From contig MU004183.1 of NCBI GenBank assembly GCA_010093605.1, positions 1,426,001 to 1,490,000 on the forward strand: DNA of 64,000 bases, given 5' to 3'. Below, in pieces: positions 58,611 to 64,000 of this stretch. Position numbers and translations under genes: made by a program. This DNA is from Lophium mytilinum. Its lineage: Eukaryota. The first letter of the stretch is position 1; every line of letters begins with the position of its first letter. The notes beneath the pieces are model-generated. The model was not told where the DNA came from. It searched no databases and saw only the letters and a list, made by a program, of their open reading frames with translations.

Positions 58611-59420
58611 TTAATCCTCCAATTGGCGCCGATGGCCATTGAGGTCAGCCACAGGGTCGTTCTCAAGTTCGGGGGAATCCTCCAGTGTTGGCGAATGGTC
58701 TTCGAGGTCGGCCTCGGTGTTGTTCTCGGGTTCGGATTCAGCGTGCGCCCTCCAAGTTTCCCAAGCACAGCTCTCCGGATCCTCATCCGCCAACCAGATA
58801 CGGTGTGGAGGACCTCCAAAGACTTGCTTGTACAGTTCCCGGAGACGATTGAGGTCTTCCCGAGCGAACCATATGCTATGCATGCCAACAAGCGCGGAGT
58901 ATTGGTCGTAGTCATGTTGGGTTGGGCCGGGCCGACGAGACCGGCGCTCGCAAATGACGAGCCTACAAAGGGGCACAAGTTGGTGGAATCTGTGACTCCG
59001 TTGATCATTTGGCCCAGACAGCAAACGTGGAAGAAAAGTCCACAACCGATGACAACTGCGTCGGGCGCGCCCGTGCTTTCAAAGCAGATGCAGCAGTCTT
59101 CTGGCCCACCGCCATATGGCTTCGACACTGTCGATACCTGCATATTAGCACCCACACGCTCATAAGTGTCGGTTTGGGTGTAGCAGTTAATAAGCGTCTG
59201 CACCCCACGGTTGAGCTGACGGCGCAGCATTTGCCCAATCTCCCACATGGGCTTCGGAAGGAATTCAGAGACATAGGGTGGCCTGAGCTTACACATCCCA
59301 GTTGCCGTCTCAGAGTGCGTCGGGTGGTCGTAATCCTCTCGGTTTTGGTTTCTGTGAGAGACGTCAGCAAGGCGGTTGAACCCCGACTTCTGCTTGAGTC
59401 CTTGTTGACGTGGCACAGCA
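58611..59420 (-). pseudogene. Third RING paralogue, frameshifted
   Basis: MWEIGQMLRRQLNRGV...YGGGPEDCCIC...CGLFFHVCC...NLCP in one frame continues as LCRLVICERRSRRPGPTQHDYDQ in another (shift near 58970). One RING His is lost and the N-terminus appears degraded. Confidence 0.75.
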
Positions 59421-59569
59421 CTGCTTATGACACGCCACAGAGTACTGTAGGATTCCGAAAAGGCAACAGCTGTCTTGACTTGGACTGAGAGGTGCTCGAC
59501 TAATCACATTCGACCTTACCCACTATTGGAGACGCTACAGGCGGTGATGCCTAAGTGCAAGAGTCAACG

Positions 59570-61357
59570 CTAAAGCAAAAAGCTTGAAGCAGGATTGAAG
59601 TATCCTGAGCAGTACAGGCTCGCAAGGGCGCTCAGTCGGTAATCTGCACTCACCTCGCTGTCTAACGCCGTGCTGCCGTCTTCTTTCAGTGGGGTTTCCT
59701 GGCGAATGTCTTCGTCGTCTAAGATTTGGCCTGATTGATCAAACCTCAGAGCAGGAGGAAAGCCAGCTTGTGATTTTCCTGTCGGCCCTGCTCCGTGCTG
59801 ATCGACTTGTCCTGTATCCTCAAACTCGAGAGCTTGGGCAGCTCGAATAGCTCCACGGGCGATCCTCTCAACCGATTGAAGAATAGGGAACCCGAAATCG
59901 GAACGAGAGCTATAGTATGAATCGGACTCGGAGCTCTCCTCCTCTTCTTCATCGCTGCTAGGCACCTTGACACCCTCGCTCGCATAAAAGTCATCCAGCA
60001 AAGCCTTCTGAGCGGCGGCAAGGGCCCTGTCTGGAGGGCTGCCATCGGTCAACGGAACCTGAGATACGCCTTCTAGACGAGATGACCTTGAGGAGCTGGG
60101 CTCTTCTACGGTCTGCGACTCCCGGAGAAAGTCATAGTCGTGCAGGAAATCAATGGCGCTTCTTTCAAGTTCTTCAACCCTATTGCGGGCGTCCCTAGCC
60201 CTACCAGCAAGGTCGTTAGTCCTAAGCTGGAGGTGTTCTATCAGGTTGTGAACGAGGCGATATCGATGAGCGCTACGAAGTGAGCTCGAGTCGCCAGTGT
60301 CATGTAATGCATCCCAAGGGTGGACAGCAGACTCCGAGACCGGTGAGCGTTGCAGGCTGAGAGGGACTTCTAGCTCTTGTCTACGAGTAGGCAAATTACT
60401 GCGAGGATTAGTTGTTCGGCGGGGAACATGCGTTTTGGTACCTCTTAGCAGTCTGCTTTCCTGATCGCGTCTACTTTGCGTCTCTGTGTGAGCAGTGGGT
60501 GCCATCTCTTCGCATGGGGTCTGAGCTGATAGTTGAGGACTCACGAGTGCTGTCGTCAGTCTCGATACAAAACGGTGGCACGTGGCGCAGACACCAGTGA
60601 CAGGCCCTATTCCGCCACTGCCCGAACCAAACGGTACTCTACAGTCTGGACACTTCGGCGGTTGCATCTTCGCCCAGGCAGGAGACTTTACTAGACCCGG
60701 AAGAGGAAGAGCATTGGGGTTGGCAATTGTGGCCACGTTCCGAGAACTCTTCCGTGTTCCAGCAACGCTTGTGCTCCACGTCTCAATTTCCTGCACCATG
60801 TAATCAGCCGGTCTGACTGTCGGAAGGAGGCTTCGATCAGTTCCACCATCTGCTTCCATCCGAGCTCTTACCTGCTCGCCATGCTCCCTCCCTCGCTCCC
60901 GGAAATGACGAGTTAGGTCTGGCAGAGTCTTAAGGCTCTGCGGCGATGTTGGTAGAGATTTCGATCTACGGTGCTCTGGTTTCGACAGTGCTCCCGTCTG
61001 CTCATCCTCGTCCAGCCGCCGCTTTTGAAAGCGGCGAGACTGGCTCCGCACAGGTTCGGGGCCTTGGTGTTGTCGTCGAGATGCTTCCGGTACGGTATCA
61101 TTGCCGTTTCCTAGTAGAGGGTAAGTGCTCACAACTCCTAAGACTTTGAAATTGCTTTTCTGTGGGCGCTCCCGCCTACCTAGTCGAAGTGGGACATGTA
61201 GCCCCCGGAAAGCTACTATGCCATCAGAAATGCGATTCCTGAGTCGAGTGGTTCGAGATTCTGGTAATGTGCTATTGCCCATGCTCAAATTTCTGTGAGG
61301 TAAGCGATGAGAGTCCAAAACGATATGAGAGTGTTTCCATTGGAGATGTGTGTGCAA
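59570..61357 (-). CDS. Hypothetical low-complexity protein with a CxxC...CxxC motif and a coiled coil; probable start at 61282
   Basis: 595-codon ORF; CPDC...CATC; no recognised family. Confidence 0.6.
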   Translation of the reverse strand: MHTHLQWKHSHIVLDSHRLPHRNLSMGNSTLPESRTTRLRNRISDGIVAFRGLHVPLRLGRRERPQKSNFKVLGVVSTYPLLGNGNDTVPEASRRQHQGPEPVRSQSRRFQKRRLDEDEQTGALSKPEHRRSKSLPTSPQSLKTLPDLTRHFRERGREHGEQVRARMEADGGTDRSLLPTVRPADYMVQEIETWSTSVAGTRKSSRNVATIANPNALPLPGLVKSPAWAKMQPPKCPDCRVPFGSGSGGIGPVTGVCATCHRFVSRLTTALVSPQLSAQTPCEEMAPTAHTETQSRRDQESRLLRGTKTHVPRRTTNPRSNLPTRRQELEVPLSLQRSPVSESAVHPWDALHDTGDSSSLRSAHRYRLVHNLIEHLQLRTNDLAGRARDARNRVEELERSAIDFLHDYDFLRESQTVEEPSSSRSSRLEGVSQVPLTDGSPPDRALAAAQKALLDDFYASEGVKVPSSDEEEEESSESDSYYSSRSDFGFPILQSVERIARGAIRAAQALEFEDTGQVDQHGAGPTGKSQAGFPPALRFDQSGQILDDEDIRQETPLKEDGSTALDSEVSADYRLSALASLYCSGYFNPASSFLL

Positions 61358-61852
61358 ATGGCAAAGTGATATATATGCATCTTCTCATGGAACGAACAAT
61401 GTGCTTACAAAGACGAACACTGTCTTGGCTCAGGCAAATGCAACAATGCTGTTGAGACATGGAAAGGACAAAGGAGCTCTTACGTCACCCACTGCAAACC
61501 CTCTTCACTGGAAAACAATTATGGCGGTGAAAGATTGGTGTACTTAGTACCGTACCATGGCGTACGTATGTGCACCCTTTCTTATCGCAAATTTTAGCCT
61601 TCCGCCCACACGTTTATTGCTGTGCGGAGCCCTACCTGAACGACATTTGTGGATGGTCGAGTTAGAAGCCCCTGAAATGACTCCGGCCTGCTCTGTGATT
61701 TTGTACCACCCTATCAGTGATTTGCAAGACACGCTCGCACAAGTGCTTTCATAGGTCCATGGCGTCGTTGTAGGACGACAGGCGAACAAGCTGTGTGACA
61801 CCTCCAATGATCGCCTACATCAGAACGCCATCTCGCAGCGCTTGTACCTCGT

Positions 61853-62664
61853 TCATATGTCAACTCCATCCATGCGATGTCCGCACCAACCGTAGTCTTT
61901 ATCGCATAGGCCCCAATCTTGATCATCATCCAGATAGCTCGATTGGCTCTGATGATACCATGGGCCAACGGCTGCAAAACTCCGAGAATATCCTCCGGTC
62001 CCGTTTCCTGTACCCTACTTCTTCTTTGTATCTTGTTTTTTCGATGCTTGCATAGATTGCTGTTTCTTCACACCTTTGCCCTTGGCGACAGTAGAGCTAG
62101 ACGCCGCCGGAGTGGGACTAACCTCGATCCGCCGGTATTGCTGCGGAAGCGCGTTAATATCCTCGGGCTGACGTCATTATAAAAGCAGCTTACCGTCCCA
62201 TCAGGCGTCCGATTCTCGATGCTCAAAGGTATCATGCCCAGGCCTAAGACGTAAACAGTGGCCGCGGCCTCGGTCGATGCAGTCACTAGAGCAGTAATGG
62301 GTGAAGACTCCGTCAAGCCAGGATTGTGTCTCGGCGAATCACGCTGATGGTCGCGCAGAGCCCCAGGGGTTATGAACGACTTCCCGCAGTCGCATCGGAC
62401 GGGCATCCAGGAATCCTTTCCTTCCAGGCGGGTAAGCATCGGGGAACGAAGGTTGTCAGCCGGCATGGTCGAAGCAGTCACTAGGTCAGTGGCCGGTGAA
62501 GGCTCCGTCAAGCCAGGTGATTTGTGTTTTGACGAGTCACGCTGATGGTCGCGCAGAGCCGCGGGGGTTATGAACGATTTCCCGCAATCGCAGCGAACGG
62601 GCTTCGAGAGATTCGCATCTTCCGGGCGAGCAAGTATCGGGGAACGGAGGTTGTCTGCCGGCAT
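61853..62664 (-). pseudogene. Two-C2H2-zinc-finger protein with an in-frame premature stop in exon 2
   Basis: Duplicated CDCGKSFITP.ALRDHQRDS..H. After the intron (donor ~62193), exon 2 reads ...KKQDTKKK*GTGNG...DDDQDWGLCDKDYGWCGHRMDGVDI*, with TAG at 62017-62015. Confidence 0.6.
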
Positions 62665-62999
62665 GATGGACAATTGAGAATGAGATTGAACAGAAAAGAA
62701 AGAGAGAAACCTAGGTTGAGAGGGATGGCGGAGGGTGGAGCGGGACGTGGACGTGGGTTTCCCGCTAAGAAATTACGGCGTCACATGACTTCGCCCCCAA
62801 TCAGTGCTATTGCGTCTCCTAACTTGCGAAATTGAACGTGAAAGGAAACTTTATGCACTGAATCCATTGTTTAGAGTTGGCCATGCAAAAATGGGTTACA
62901 AATCTGCCATCATTCATACATACACACAGCAGCATCAAACCGTTCTGATTCCATCGCAAACCACAATGGATGTGTACTTAATCGCGGAGAAATACCTGC

Positions 63000-63376
63000 G
63001 CCCACAGGGAGCTTCTTCAGATGCCTCGCTGTGGCCTCAGTCTTCGTCATCAGTATGCGCAGCTTGATTGTCCTCAGGGTCCGAATTTGTAGTCGACGCC
63101 GATGAGCTCTCCTGATCTCTCAAAGGATTCCTTAGATTCCTCGCAGTGGTTTTGGACTTCGTCATCGGCATGTGCAGTTTGAACGTCCTTAGGGTCCGAA
63201 TCTGTAGTCGACGTCGATGAGCTTTCCTCATCGGAGCTCTCCTCATCGGAGCTCTCATAAGATTCTTTAGATGCCTCGCTGAGGCTTTGGTCTTCGTCAT
63301 CGTCTCGGTTTTGGGCTGCAAGTTCCGCCTTTGTGGGCGCATGGCGGCGGAGCCTGTTTGGGTCTTTGTTCACCAT
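63000..63376 (-). pseudogene. Acidic low-complexity ORF with an internal duplication and an apparent frameshift
   Basis: EESSSTSTTDSDPKDVQTAHADDE and QESSSASTTNSDPEDNQAAHTDDED occur in different frames. Confidence 0.35.
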
Positions 63377-63585
63377 AATGGAGGAAGGTATGTAGTGTAT
63401 CCGATGCGTTGGATAGACGTTCTGCCAATTATGTCGGGACGCCGCAGTGATGGTTAAGGCAAATTGGGCATCCTTTGGAATCGCGCTGCGCCGCGTCAAA
63501 TGCCACTGATGATGCTCTTCTTCCACTCTTATAGCATTTCCGGGTAGCGATTCGTTTTGTGTTTGATCGTGCAGAACAACTTTCT

Positions 63586-64000
63586 TCACCCACCACCCTC
63601 CAAAATCCTTCTCCTCTCAACCTCTGCTTCCACCGCCTCAACAGTCATCGGAACCTTACCTCTCCCCTTCCCTTCGCCCCATCTCTCTTCTTCTCCCTTC
63701 ACAAAGCTTTCCATACTCAAGAGTCCCACTACCAAGAAGCCCAACTCTTCCCGGTCCGTATCAAATACCTCCCACCACTCATTATCCGGCAGCTGCACTC
63801 CTACCTCCCTCGCCGCGAGATATATCGCCGCAGTCGCGAGTGCCGGCGGTTGATGCGTGAGGTACAGTAGCTGCGGGCTCAACAATGCTGTATTGAGATG
63901 GGCGAATGCGCGTTTGGCGAGAGCGGACGCCTGTGGGTGCTGGAAGACGTCCAGCGTCTGGAGGTAATTGATGCACAGGGTGTATGGAAGCGCGACATGG
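63586..64000 (-). CDS. Cyclin L-like protein, C-terminal part (gene runs off the window)
   Basis: HVALPYTLCINYLQTL...AFAHLNTALLSPQLLYLTHQPPALATAAIYLAAREV...WWEVFD, a second cyclin fold. Confidence 0.85.
   Translation of the reverse strand, partial: HVALPYTLCINYLQTLDVFQHPQASALAKRAFAHLNTALLSPQLLYLTHQPPALATAAIYLAAREVGVQLPDNEWWEVFDTDREELGFLVVGLLSMESFVKGEEERWGEGKGRGKVPMTVEAVEAEVERRRILEGGG

Overview
Intron-containing filamentous-ascomycete genomic DNA with short GT-AG introns, CTAAC/CTGAC branch sites, a RIP-degenerated transposon and HET-domain genes. Conserved or housekeeping-type genes (CFEM/GPI adhesin, phytase-like esterase, TRI12-type MFS pump, AMMECR1, RPL29, cyclin L-like) are interleaved with accessory, immunity-type genes. 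The main signal is a block at ~4.5-23.2 kb. (i) An 8-exon gene, spliced by hand to 1094 aa, joins a cytosolic V8/glutamyl-endopeptidase-type serine protease through a long low-complexity linker to an RCD-1/HET-Q1-like gasdermin domain bracketed by Glu-Ser motifs resembling the protease's own predicted activation site. (ii) A polyprotein of amphipathic peptides, each delimited by EE/ES motifs. (iii) An aegerolysin/Cry34-like gene transcribed divergently from the protease-gasdermin. (iv) A tandem-CVNH lectin fused to a glycine-zipper-like hydrophobic domain. A 5.8-kb RIP-mutated Tc1-type element sits in the middle of this block. Further right are a HET gene preceded by a MITE, a head-to-head kinase / kinase-HET pair with a tiny 3-exon gene between them, three RING paralogues (one decayed) and several pseudogenes. 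All family assignments are by eye from motifs; no searches were run.
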